Shown here: in pieces, positions 19,666 to 28,381 of the stretch | Numbering within the stretch: the first letter of the stretch is position 1 | Layout: every line of letters begins with the position of its first letter | Source: Cyanobacteria bacterium auto_48_18 | GTDB taxonomy: Bacteria; Cyanobacteriota; Vampirovibrionia; Obscuribacterales; Obscuribacteraceae | Assembly: GCA_036170915.1 (NCBI GenBank) | Contig: JAVHQC010000010.1 | Location: 32,001 to 96,000, forward strand | DNA: 64,000 nucleotides | Direction of reading: 5' to 3' | Made by a program: the position numbers and the translations under genes | The notes under the pieces: generated by a model | What the model saw: only the letters and a program-made list of their open reading frames with translations | Database searches by the model: none | Told to the model about the DNA's origin: nothing

Positions 19666-21636
19666 ATGGAGAGTTCGATGTCAGGAAGTAATGACGGAAA
19701 AAATACGGGCAAACAACTTCTGGCGAAATTCTCCGCCCTGTCGCTCTCTCTAGTGATGGCGGGATGCACCACTACAACTACCACCACCACAACCACAACT
19801 ACTACCACCTCTAAATCAACTGATGCACCGAGCACAATTCCCAGCCCCACAGGCGCACCCGGCTCAGAGTCTCCTATTCAAAAAGCTGAAAGTGTTTCGC
19901 CTGGACCGTACCAGTCTGTCACCGTAGATGGTGCCGATTTGAGAAAAGGCAGATTTGCCATAGGAAAACCGGGTGGCAATCTGGTGCGCTCAATTGTCTC
20001 GAGCAACCCTGCCACGTTCAACTACTGGGTCGCAGCCGATACTACTTCAAGAGACATGGGTGCGCTCATGTTTGCCGGTTTGCTCGACATTGATCCCTAT
20101 ACCGGCGATGTGGTGCCGGCAATGGCAGAAAGTTTTACTGTAGACCCTGATGGCGTTACTTACACCACCAAACTGCGCAAAGGTTTGAAGTGGTCTGACG
20201 GGCATCCGATTACATCAGCCGATGTAGCGTTTACCTGGAACACACTAGTGGCCGGCGGCTACGGCAATTCGTCCATGCGTGATGTCACTACCATCGAAGG
20301 TAAATCACCAACAGTAACTGTAGTGGACGAATTGACAAATAAATTTGTCACGCCGAAACCCTTTGCACCGTTCGTGCGTCAACTCGGTCTGGTGATTGCA
20401 CCAAAGCACATTGTTGAACCAATCACTAAAAAGAAAGACGGACGCAAATTATTCAACAATTTGTGGAGCACCGAAGCCAAACCAGAAACTTTCGTCACCA
20501 GCGGCATGTTCACTCTCGAGCAATACGTGCCAAGCCAGCGCGTAGTTTTCAAACGGGCCAAGAACTATTTTACAGTCAGCCCAGAGAGCAAACCGCTGCC
20601 CTACCTGGAACGCACCACATTTACGATTGTGCCTGACGTCAATACCAACTTGCTCAAATTTAAAGGAAAAGAAATCGACATCACACCAGTGCGTTGTCGC
20701 GACGCAGGTGATCTGGTGCCTTTAGCAAAAGCTGGCAATTTCAAACTATACGATTTTGGCCCTAGCCAGAGCAGCACCTTTATCATGTTCAACATGAATC
20801 AACGCAAAGATCCAAAAACCGGCAACCCATACGTAGATCCGATCAAGTCAGTCTGGTTCAACGATGTTAATTTCAGACAGGCTATCAGTCACGGTGTGGA
20901 CCGCCAGTCTATTATCGCCAATTATTTCAAAGGCCTGGGAGATCCGTCATTCTCGGCTCAGGTTGCTACCAGTCCATTCTTCAATTCACAGTTGCAGCCC
21001 TATTCGCGTGATGTAACTGTGGCAAAAGAACTGCTGAAAAAATCAGGCTTCACCTGGGATAAAAACGGCAACTTGCTCGACAAGACCGGTCACAAAGTCG
21101 AGTTTGATCTACTGGCTGCGGCTGGTGGAACCTTTGCTGATTTTGTCTGCACCGAATTTCAGAAGAATATGAAAGAGCTCGGTATCAAAGTCAACTTTGC
21201 CCAGGTCAATTTCAATTTGCTGGCAGGTAAAATCAACAGCTCACTAGATTGGCAAGCTGCCTTCTTCTCACTGAGCGGCGGCGATCCACTTGAGCCAAAC
21301 GATAGTGCTAACGTTTATAAGAGCGACAGCCGTCTTCACTTATTTGACCAACGCTTGCCTGATGCTAATGGAAAAACTTCAGTCACCGATGCCAGACCTT
21401 GGGAAAAAGAAATCGATCAACTGATGGATAAAGGCGCCAGCACTCTCGATAAAACTGAGCGCAAAAAAGTATATGATCAGGTGCAACAGATTTTGTACGA
21501 TCAAATGCCCTTCATCTATCTGGTTTCACCGCGCACCATCGTCGGTGTACGCAACACAATTCACAATTTCCAACCTACACCAATTTCACAACCAGCATCT
21601 GGCCTACACAATCTGGAAGAAATCTGGGTGCAGTAG
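19666..21636 (+). CDS. Peptide/nickel ABC substrate-binding lipoprotein (family 5)
   Basis: Lipobox MAGC; LRKGLKWSDGHPITSADVAFT; FRQAISHGVDR. Confidence 0.92.
   Translation: MESSMSGSNDGKNTGKQLLAKFSALSLSLVMAGCTTTTTTTTTTTTTTSKSTDAPSTIPSPTGAPGSESPIQKAESVSPGPYQSVTVDGADLRKGRFAIGKPGGNLVRSIVSSNPATFNYWVAADTTSRDMGALMFAGLLDIDPYTGDVVPAMAESFTVDPDGVTYTTKLRKGLKWSDGHPITSADVAFTWNTLVAGGYGNSSMRDVTTIEGKSPTVTVVDELTNKFVTPKPFAPFVRQLGLVIAPKHIVEPITKKKDGRKLFNNLWSTEAKPETFVTSGMFTLEQYVPSQRVVFKRAKNYFTVSPESKPLPYLERTTFTIVPDVNTNLLKFKGKEIDITPVRCRDAGDLVPLAKAGNFKLYDFGPSQSSTFIMFNMNQRKDPKTGNPYVDPIKSVWFNDVNFRQAISHGVDRQSIIANYFKGLGDPSFSAQVATSPFFNSQLQPYSRDVTVAKELLKKSGFTWDKNGNLLDKTGHKVEFDLLAAAGGTFADFVCTEFQKNMKELGIKVNFAQVNFNLLAGKINSSLDWQAAFFSLSGGDPLEPNDSANVYKSDSRLHLFDQRLPDANGKTSVTDARPWEKEIDQLMDKGASTLDKTERKKVYDQVQQILYDQMPFIYLVSPRTIVGVRNTIHNFQPTPISQPASGLHNLEEIWVQ
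19768..19809 (+). repeat. Run of 14 Thr codons (ACN) directly after the lipobox Cys
   Basis: acc act aca act acc acc acc aca acc aca act act acc acc. Confidence 0.95.
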
Positions 21637-23604
21637 TTGATGAAAAAACAACTGCTCACAGCTTTAACGTGTTTGATGGCAACGAGCCTGCTCACAGGCT
21701 GCATTGCCCCGCGCAAAAATACAACCAATCGCGTGGGCATTCCCACGAGTTCGCTAGCCACAGATCCGGCAGATCCTGATGCAGCGAAAACTGCAGAATC
21801 AAATACGCAGCAACCGTCGGGTAAATTGACTTTTCTTTTTCCCAATCCCGGACCACCCAAACTGGTCACCAAAGACGGTGCGGAATACTGGCAATCGCGT
21901 GGCGAAGTGGGACAGTTTGGCGGCTCTCTAAAGCTCGGTAGTTTCGGCGGCGGCCCCAAAACATTCAACCCATGGGAAGCTTCCGACGTAGAAAGTCACG
22001 GCATTGGCATGCTGCAATTTGACTCTCTAGTCGATTTCGATCCATGGAGCGGCAAAGCCATTCCTAAGCTGGCCAAATCGTTTAAGGTCAGCGAAGACGG
22101 GCGCACCATCGACTTTGTCATGCGCAAAGGTTTGAAGTGGTCAGACGGTCATCCACTCACCGCTGACGATGCCGTGTTCACCTATGGCAATCTAATTAAA
22201 AACGGATTTGGCGAAACCAGTTCACGCGACACCATTTCTACACCAGGAGATTATCCTGACGTTGTAAAAGTGGGCGAAGATACTGTTAGCTTTCGCTTCA
22301 AAAAACCTTTTTCACCTTTTCTAGCTAATTTAAATGCCGTGATGGTGGCACCCAAGCATATTTTCGAGCCCATAACAAAAGGCTCGAAGGCAGACTTTCA
22401 TAATTTTTGGAATATCAACAGCGATCCAAAAACGTTTGTGGCATCAGGGGCCATGATTGTAGAAAGATATGTCCCTGGCCAGAGACTTGAGTTTAAGCGC
22501 AATCCTCATTATTCTTTCGTCGATAAAGAAGGCCGCCAGTTGCCTTATTTAGACAAGATGGTAATTGGCATCGTGCCTGATCAAAATACAATGATCATCA
22601 AATTTCTTGGTGAAGAAATTGATTTGCTCGACACTCGATCGGTGCGCGGCATTGACGCAGCGTTGATGAAACAGCGCGAAAGCAGTGGCAATTTCACCAT
22701 GTATAACCTCGGGCCAGACGACGGCACCATGTTCTTGATGTTCAACCTCTGCCAGCGGAAAGATCCAAAAACCGGAAAATTCTACGTGGACCCAATCAAG
22801 CAAAGTTGGTTCAACGACGAAAAATTCAGATGGGCAATCAGTCACGCAGTTGATCGCAAACGCATCATCAACAACGTGCAAAAGGGCGTTGGTTACCCGC
22901 TTTCTACCAATGAAACTGAAGCCTCACTCTATTTCAATAAAGCCTTAAAACAAATCGAATACGACCCTGCCCTGTCGGCAAAACTACTGGCCGAAGCTGG
23001 ATTCGTCAAAAAAGGCAACGACCTTTTTGATGCCAAAGGCAACCGGGTGGAATTCGATTTGCTGACTAATTCGGGTAACACCGGCCGTGATGCCTGTTGC
23101 ATTGCCATCAAAGAAGAACTAAAAAAGCTGGGTATCAAAGTCAATTATCAAGCCATCGAATTTAACACCATGACCAATCGCGTGCATACGAGCCTCGACT
23201 GGCAAGCCATTGTGATGGGCCTCAGTGGCAGCCGTTTTGAGCCCTATGGCGGCGCCAATGTGTGGAAATCAAATGGTCGCATGCACTTGTTTGATACACG
23301 CTTGCCCGACAAAGACGGCACAGTCAAAGCACCTGACGCTCGCCCCTGGGAAATCGAAATCGATAATTTGCTTGATACCGCCGCCGGCACTATGGACGAG
23401 CAAAAACGCATTGAGGCCTACAACCGTTTTCAGAAAATCGCTTACGACAAGCAGCCATTCATCTACATTTACGACATCATGCTGCTCACAGCCGCGCGGA
23501 ATAATCTGGGCAATTACAAACCCACCCCGTACGGCATTTATTACACTCCAAAAGGCACATTGCATAACATCGAAGAAATTTATAAAAAGGGAGCCAAGCA
23601 CTAG
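21637..23604 (+). CDS. Second peptide/nickel ABC substrate-binding lipoprotein (tandem paralogue)
   Basis: Lipobox LTGC; MRKGLKWSDGHPLTADDAVFT; shares QRKDPKTG, DPIK and DARPWE with the upstream gene. Confidence 0.92.
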   Translation: MMKKQLLTALTCLMATSLLTGCIAPRKNTTNRVGIPTSSLATDPADPDAAKTAESNTQQPSGKLTFLFPNPGPPKLVTKDGAEYWQSRGEVGQFGGSLKLGSFGGGPKTFNPWEASDVESHGIGMLQFDSLVDFDPWSGKAIPKLAKSFKVSEDGRTIDFVMRKGLKWSDGHPLTADDAVFTYGNLIKNGFGETSSRDTISTPGDYPDVVKVGEDTVSFRFKKPFSPFLANLNAVMVAPKHIFEPITKGSKADFHNFWNINSDPKTFVASGAMIVERYVPGQRLEFKRNPHYSFVDKEGRQLPYLDKMVIGIVPDQNTMIIKFLGEEIDLLDTRSVRGIDAALMKQRESSGNFTMYNLGPDDGTMFLMFNLCQRKDPKTGKFYVDPIKQSWFNDEKFRWAISHAVDRKRIINNVQKGVGYPLSTNETEASLYFNKALKQIEYDPALSAKLLAEAGFVKKGNDLFDAKGNRVEFDLLTNSGNTGRDACCIAIKEELKKLGIKVNYQAIEFNTMTNRVHTSLDWQAIVMGLSGSRFEPYGGANVWKSNGRMHLFDTRLPDKDGTVKAPDARPWEIEIDNLLDTAAGTMDEQKRIEAYNRFQKIAYDKQPFIYIYDIMLLTAARNNLGNYKPTPYGIYYTPKGTLHNIEEIYKKGAKH

Positions 23605-24572
23605 TGTCGACACCTGTCTACATTTTAAAGCGCATACTGCAAGCATTGCCCTTGCTCTTCTTCATTTCGCTCATGGCATTTACCATGCTCAAACTTTCGC
23701 CCATTGACCCTCTGGCGGCAATGCGTGCTAATCCATCAGTTTCGCAAGCGGCCATCAATGCCGAAGAAGAAAGACTGGGGCTGAACAAACCAGCACCCAT
23801 ACAATATGCAATTTGGTTATCGAGCACACTACAGGGCAATCTTGGTGTTTCCACAACCGGTGGGTCAGTGGCGGCCAGGCTGATGCAACACGCCGGCAAT
23901 ACACTGCTTCTCAATGTGGTGACGCTGTTCTTCACCTGGTTGATTGCTCTGCCCGCAGGCGTCTATGCCGCAGTGCACCGCGGGCGGTTAATCGATAAAT
24001 TATTTGGTTTTCTCACTGCAGTAGGCATGTCGATGCCCACATTTCTACTGAGCTTTCTCTTTCTTATGTTTGCTCTTGCCACACACTGGCTACCAATCGG
24101 CGGCATGACCAGCTCAGACTTTGCCGAGCGTGACACTCTCAGTCAAATTGCCGATATCGCCTACCATTTAATTATTCCTGTATGCGTACTGACATTCGTT
24201 TCACTTGCCGGCATTCAGCGCCAGGTGCGCAGTAATCTCTTAGATGTATTGAGAGCAGATTATGTGCGCAGTGCGCGCGCCAAAGGCTTGTCGGAAGAGA
24301 CGGTAATTTACAAACATGCACTGCGCAACGCCATAAACCCGCTAATCACTTTACTCGGATTTGAATTTGCCGGTCTGCTCAGCGGTGCCGCGTTGACTGA
24401 AATGGTGCTGGCTTACCCTGGCCTAGGACGGCTGACCCTGGAAGGCGTGCTCACCAAAGATATGAATCTAGTTATGGCTTCAATCATGCTTGGAGCGGTA
24501 ATGCTAATTGCAGGCAATTTATTTGCCGACCTCTTGCTCAAATTTACCGACCCCAGAATCACAGTTGAATAA
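23604..24572 (+). CDS. ABC permease (DppB/OppB family)
   Basis: YILKRI, DYVRSARAKGL, KHALRNA, DPRI. Confidence 0.93.
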   Translation: MSTPVYILKRILQALPLLFFISLMAFTMLKLSPIDPLAAMRANPSVSQAAINAEEERLGLNKPAPIQYAIWLSSTLQGNLGVSTTGGSVAARLMQHAGNTLLLNVVTLFFTWLIALPAGVYAAVHRGRLIDKLFGFLTAVGMSMPTFLLSFLFLMFALATHWLPIGGMTSSDFAERDTLSQIADIAYHLIIPVCVLTFVSLAGIQRQVRSNLLDVLRADYVRSARAKGLSEETVIYKHALRNAINPLITLLGFEFAGLLSGAALTEMVLAYPGLGRLTLEGVLTKDMNLVMASIMLGAVMLIAGNLFADLLLKFTDPRITVE

Positions 24573-24612
24573 CTTTTGGAAACTTTAGTTGCAATTTTAA
24601 AGGAATCGCTCA

Positions 24613-25764
24613 TTGTCGGCTAACTCGTTATCACCTGCAGAAGCACCAATCAACCCTACACCGGCTCCTCAAAAAGTCAGGGCAGACTTGAAGCACACAG
24701 TTTTGAGTCGTTTGTGGAAAGACAAAGTCTGTCGCGCAGCACTTGTGGGCCTATCATTGCTTTACTTCTGCGCGCTATTTGCCGACATCCTTACGCCTTA
24801 CGCTATGGAATTTAACGATGCCAATGTAGGTAATGCTCCAGCGACGTTGATTCATATTCATGACGATAAAGGTGAGCTTTGCTGGCCCTATGTTTATCAG
24901 GTGCGTCAAGAAAATGATCTGGCCACCTATCGCCAGACTTTTAAAGAAATTGAAACCACCAAATTTCCAATCAAGCTGTTTGTCAAAGGCGACAGCTATT
25001 ATTTACTTGGATTTATACCAATGGACCTGCACCTGTTTGGTGTAGAGCCACCAGCGCGCATCTACTTGCTAGGCGCCGACATGAATGGTCGCGACAATTT
25101 TTCAAGATTGTTCTTTGGCGCTCAGAAAAGTTTGACCATCGGATTTCTTGGCTTATTCATCGCTTTTCCTATTGGTATTCTATATGGTGCCATCGCCGGT
25201 TATGTTGGTGGCGTGGTAGACAACATGATGATGCGTTTTGCTGAAGCAGTTATGTCTATACCGAGTTTCTATTTATTAATCGGACTGGCCGCCGTGTTGC
25301 CACTGGGAATGAGCAGTTCACAGCGTTTTGCTTTGATCACTGTCATTCTTTCATTCATTGGTTGGCCGGGGCTGGCTAGAGTAATTCGCGGTATGGTGCT
25401 GTCGATTCGCGAAGAAGAATTTGTACAGGCCGCTAAGGCCGTAGGCATGTCAGAAATTGCCAACATCGTTCGGCACGTCATTCCTCAGACAGCTAGTTAT
25501 GTCGTTATTGCAGCCACACTGCAGGTGCCTAATTTTATTCTGGCTGAAAGTGGACTGAGCTTAATCGGCCTTGGTATTCAACAACCTGATGCCAGCTGGG
25601 GAAACATGCTTAAAGCGGCCATGGATCAGCCAAACGAGCTGCTCACTCAGCCATGGTTGATAGCGCCAGGCTTCCTTATCTTCTTCACCATTTTGTGTTT
25701 CAACTCTATTGGTGACGTACTGCGCGATGTGCTCGACCCTAAACTTTCTGGCGGTCGCGGCTAA
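24613..25764 (+). CDS. ABC permease (DppC/OppC family)
   Basis: LLGADMNGRD, EFVQAAKAVG, ESGLSLIGLG, SWGNML, LRDVLDP. Confidence 0.93.
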   Translation: MSANSLSPAEAPINPTPAPQKVRADLKHTVLSRLWKDKVCRAALVGLSLLYFCALFADILTPYAMEFNDANVGNAPATLIHIHDDKGELCWPYVYQVRQENDLATYRQTFKEIETTKFPIKLFVKGDSYYLLGFIPMDLHLFGVEPPARIYLLGADMNGRDNFSRLFFGAQKSLTIGFLGLFIAFPIGILYGAIAGYVGGVVDNMMMRFAEAVMSIPSFYLLIGLAAVLPLGMSSSQRFALITVILSFIGWPGLARVIRGMVLSIREEEFVQAAKAVGMSEIANIVRHVIPQTASYVVIAATLQVPNFILAESGLSLIGLGIQQPDASWGNMLKAAMDQPNELLTQPWLIAPGFLIFFTILCFNSIGDVLRDVLDPKLSGGRG

Positions 25765-25985
25765 TGCTGCACTGGATTTTAGTGGTGATTGTCCTGCTGG
25801 CCACTGTGGCTCTGAGCGCTATTGCATTTAAGCATCGCAAAGGTGAGGGCGCGTATCTCTGCGAGGACTGCCGCTTTAACGACCCGGTGAAATGTCTTAA
25901 AGAAGTACGGCCTTATGCTGTGGAGTGCACGAGCTATCGGCAAGGTGTTGTGCAGTTGAGTAGTGACGAGAATAAGTCGGTTTAA
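25764..25985 (+). CDS. 73-aa membrane-anchored protein with four Cys
   Basis: TAATG stop/start overlap with the permease; N-terminal TM; CEDC...KC...EC. Confidence 0.7.
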   Translation: MLHWILVVIVLLATVALSAIAFKHRKGEGAYLCEDCRFNDPVKCLKEVRPYAVECTSYRQGVVQLSSDENKSV

Positions 25986-26761
25986 TCAGTGCCTTTGAAT
26001 AGCTGTGTTACCGCTCCAGCCACTACATACAACAAGGGAACCATACATAGCGCATTGATAATGTTGAGTAACTTCGAATTATCTCGACCTTGTTGGGTTA
26101 AAAATTCTCGAAATGAAAAGTAAGTGATGGGCATCCCTATGGCTCCAAGAGCCGCTACTAGCAACAATAAGTAAAAGAAAAATTTTTGCTGATCAGAATC
26201 TGCAGATGAAATTGCCGACAGATAACTATTGGTGAGCGTGAGCATACCAAGCTGGCAAACTAGCAAGTCTTTGTCAAAATCTGATAATTGATCTTTGAAA
26301 ACAACTTTCATGGCCGCAACTACGAGTGTCGGTTTAATGATAGTTGATAACAGTAATAAAACAGCACCCACCAGCAGCAGCTCACAAATGATAAGTGGCC
26401 AGAAAAAGTCTGAGCCAACATACCCTGATAACCATAACAGAGTGATCACTACCGGTAGTAATTTTGCAGTACGGTCCTTCCATTTAGGAGCAATCACATG
26501 AGCCATGACCGCACCAGGCAAAGTTCCAAGTGGTAGTCCAATCATGAGCGCCCCGACAAACTGTTGCGATGGTTCTATTCCATTGATGATTGTGTGCAGC
26601 ACCGCCGAACAGACAAGAATCACAATCGCAAAGAGTAACGTAAAGAACCAACCGGTGTATTGCACAACCGTGAGACAAGCTGGAATTAAAACAATCCAGC
26701 GCAAAACAAATACAATTCTCTCGTGCCGTGCTGGCGCTCTCGCATTATTTTCTGCCATCAC
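25982..26761 (-). CDS. Hypothetical polytopic membrane protein
   Basis: Many hydrophobic segments; 4-nt overlap with the upstream gene. Confidence 0.7.
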   Translation of the reverse strand: MMAENNARAPARHERIVFVLRWIVLIPACLTVVQYTGWFFTLLFAIVILVCSAVLHTIINGIEPSQQFVGALMIGLPLGTLPGAVMAHVIAPKWKDRTAKLLPVVITLLWLSGYVGSDFFWPLIICELLLVGAVLLLLSTIIKPTLVVAAMKVVFKDQLSDFDKDLLVCQLGMLTLTNSYLSAISSADSDQQKFFFYLLLLVAALGAIGMPITYFSFREFLTQQGRDNSKLLNIINALCMVPLLYVVAGAVTQLFKGTD

Positions 26762-27975
26762 AAATTTGCATTACCATGCTGAGCCATCGTTTTAAGTCTG
26801 GCTTCCAGAGCCGTGCGCAGCACATTCGATTGAGTAATGGCATCGGCAATATGCTGAGCCAGTTTGGCACCACCATCAGCGTTTAAGTGCACTGTGTCGC
26901 AAAAATCACCAGCAGTAAAATCAGGGCTATTCGATAGGTCAATGTAACTGGCGTCACCTTGCTTGCAGCGCTCAGCAATTTTGCGCTTGAAACCGTCCCA
27001 GAAAGAATTCGTCAGTAGAGCCCGGTTGGTTGCTGTAAGCGGCATGCCTACTACTAAAACTTTGATGTTGCGACTTTTCATATCTGCCAGAAATTCTTGC
27101 ATGTACTTGAGTTGCACAGCATAAGACGACGGATATGCATTAGAGTATCGATGCATATAATCAACCGTATTATCTACGTAAATTTTTGGCAGATTGGGCC
27201 TGAGCACAGCCTGACCAGGCCTCAAATTACCGCCGTATCCACCAGTGACTAACTTAAGCTGGTCTGCCGCTGTGACCGCTTCGATTTTCTTTGGCGACTG
27301 GTCAGTTTTAACGGCAGGCAAATATTCTGACTTGCTCAGTTCACTCACAACCTGATTGACTGCTGGTACTAATCTGCGCACCGGCAACTCGGTAGAAACG
27401 AAATAAGTGAGGCGCGACCATGGTTCATGAAAGGCCAGGTTGGTGTAGCCAGTCATGTCGTTGTACTGAGAAAAATAACGATATGAATCTGTGGCGCCGG
27501 CGGCGGACAAAGTGTTATCAATAAAATCCCGTGGTGAGACCGTCAACACTAGAACTGACGGCGCACGTCTCTGGTACAGAGCTCGACCAATGACAAAATG
27601 ATCTGAAACCATGGCGCCCGGCAGTGCAGAAAGAAAAACAGAGGGCTTGGCGCCAATACGTTTTGCCAGATCGTTTTCTAGAGTAATGCAAGTTCTATTG
27701 GATGTCAGATCAATAATTTGTCCGCTCGTGTTGGCATCGGCAGCTTGCAGACCGCCAATTTGCGAACTGCCGCAAACCACAACATCAGCTGGTCTTTCAC
27801 TGGTTAGAAATAGACGAGCTAACCACCAGCTGGCGGGTTTGCCCTCAGCCAACGCTTCATTGCTGAGAGCAAAATCGCGCGCATCAAGTGCGGCAATCTT
27901 AACTACGGGCAGTTTGGCTAGAGCCAGATTGACAAAGGCAAAAAGTATTAAAGCGATGAGAAAACGTGGCACCAT
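26758..27975 (-). CDS. SGNH-like membrane-anchored protein (DUF1574/DltD-like)
   Basis: N-terminal TM, VVVCGSS block and C-terminal DFCDTVHLN (DxxH). Confidence 0.7.
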   Translation of the reverse strand: MVPRFLIALILFAFVNLALAKLPVVKIAALDARDFALSNEALAEGKPASWWLARLFLTSERPADVVVCGSSQIGGLQAADANTSGQIIDLTSNRTCITLENDLAKRIGAKPSVFLSALPGAMVSDHFVIGRALYQRRAPSVLVLTVSPRDFIDNTLSAAGATDSYRYFSQYNDMTGYTNLAFHEPWSRLTYFVSTELPVRRLVPAVNQVVSELSKSEYLPAVKTDQSPKKIEAVTAADQLKLVTGGYGGNLRPGQAVLRPNLPKIYVDNTVDYMHRYSNAYPSSYAVQLKYMQEFLADMKSRNIKVLVVGMPLTATNRALLTNSFWDGFKRKIAERCKQGDASYIDLSNSPDFTAGDFCDTVHLNADGGAKLAQHIADAITQSNVLRTALEARLKTMAQHGNANL

Positions 27976-28034
27976 GCCATAAGGATAAGGCAGGCTCAGG
28001 CGAAATGGGTGAAGTCATTCTCAGAGCCATAATT

Positions 28035-28234
28035 TTTGTGCACTTAAAGCACCAGACCCCTGTGCCGGTTCACACACCGGGCTCACAGGGGCCTGCTCCA
28101 AACAAACTGCCTCACGGCAGCATACCGGGCTTTCACTGTATCGAGACGAGAGCCGCTCCATGTGATTTGAGATTTACTCCGGGATCCATTTCTGGTGGCC
28201 CGCTAACATTGAGAGCATTGGCTTCGTGCGATAT
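28035..28234 (-). ncRNA. Structured ~195-nt RNA, probable 6S RNA
   Basis: Ends pair (GCAC-GAAGC..ACCAGA with UCUGGU-GCUUU-AA-GUGC); A/C-rich unpaired stretch then GGAGC; internal hairpins incl. CUGCC-GUGA-GGCAG; own promoter. Confidence 0.55.
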
Positions 28235-28240
28235 GTTTCA

Positions 28241-28268
28241 ATTATAGCAAGATGACAAGAGGGCGCAA
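28241..28268 (-). promoter_or_regulatory. Sigma70-type promoter of the structured RNA
   Basis: Minus strand TTGCGC-N16-TATAAT with extended -10 TGcTATAAT. Confidence 0.75.
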
Positions 28269-28381
28269 GTACCCTCAAGCTTAAATTTATCGGTCACAAC
28301 TTCCTAACCGGTTAAGGTAATTTTGCAACAGGCCACAGAGCTACAAACTCGCTAAATCGAAGCAACGCAGCGTCCACAATT

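Noticed and set aside
28095..28190. raiA-motif, SRP, RNase P or group II intron identity for the 28-kb RNA
   Set aside because: Only short word matches to raiA as I recall it (CAUGG.GCGGCU, AGCAGGC); no SRP helix-8 motif, no RNase P GAGGAAAGUCC and no domain V helix; a covariance-model search would settle it
27966..28247. Listed 93-aa plus-strand ORF
   Set aside because: Antisense to a promoter-driven structured RNA and overlaps the start of the divergent gene
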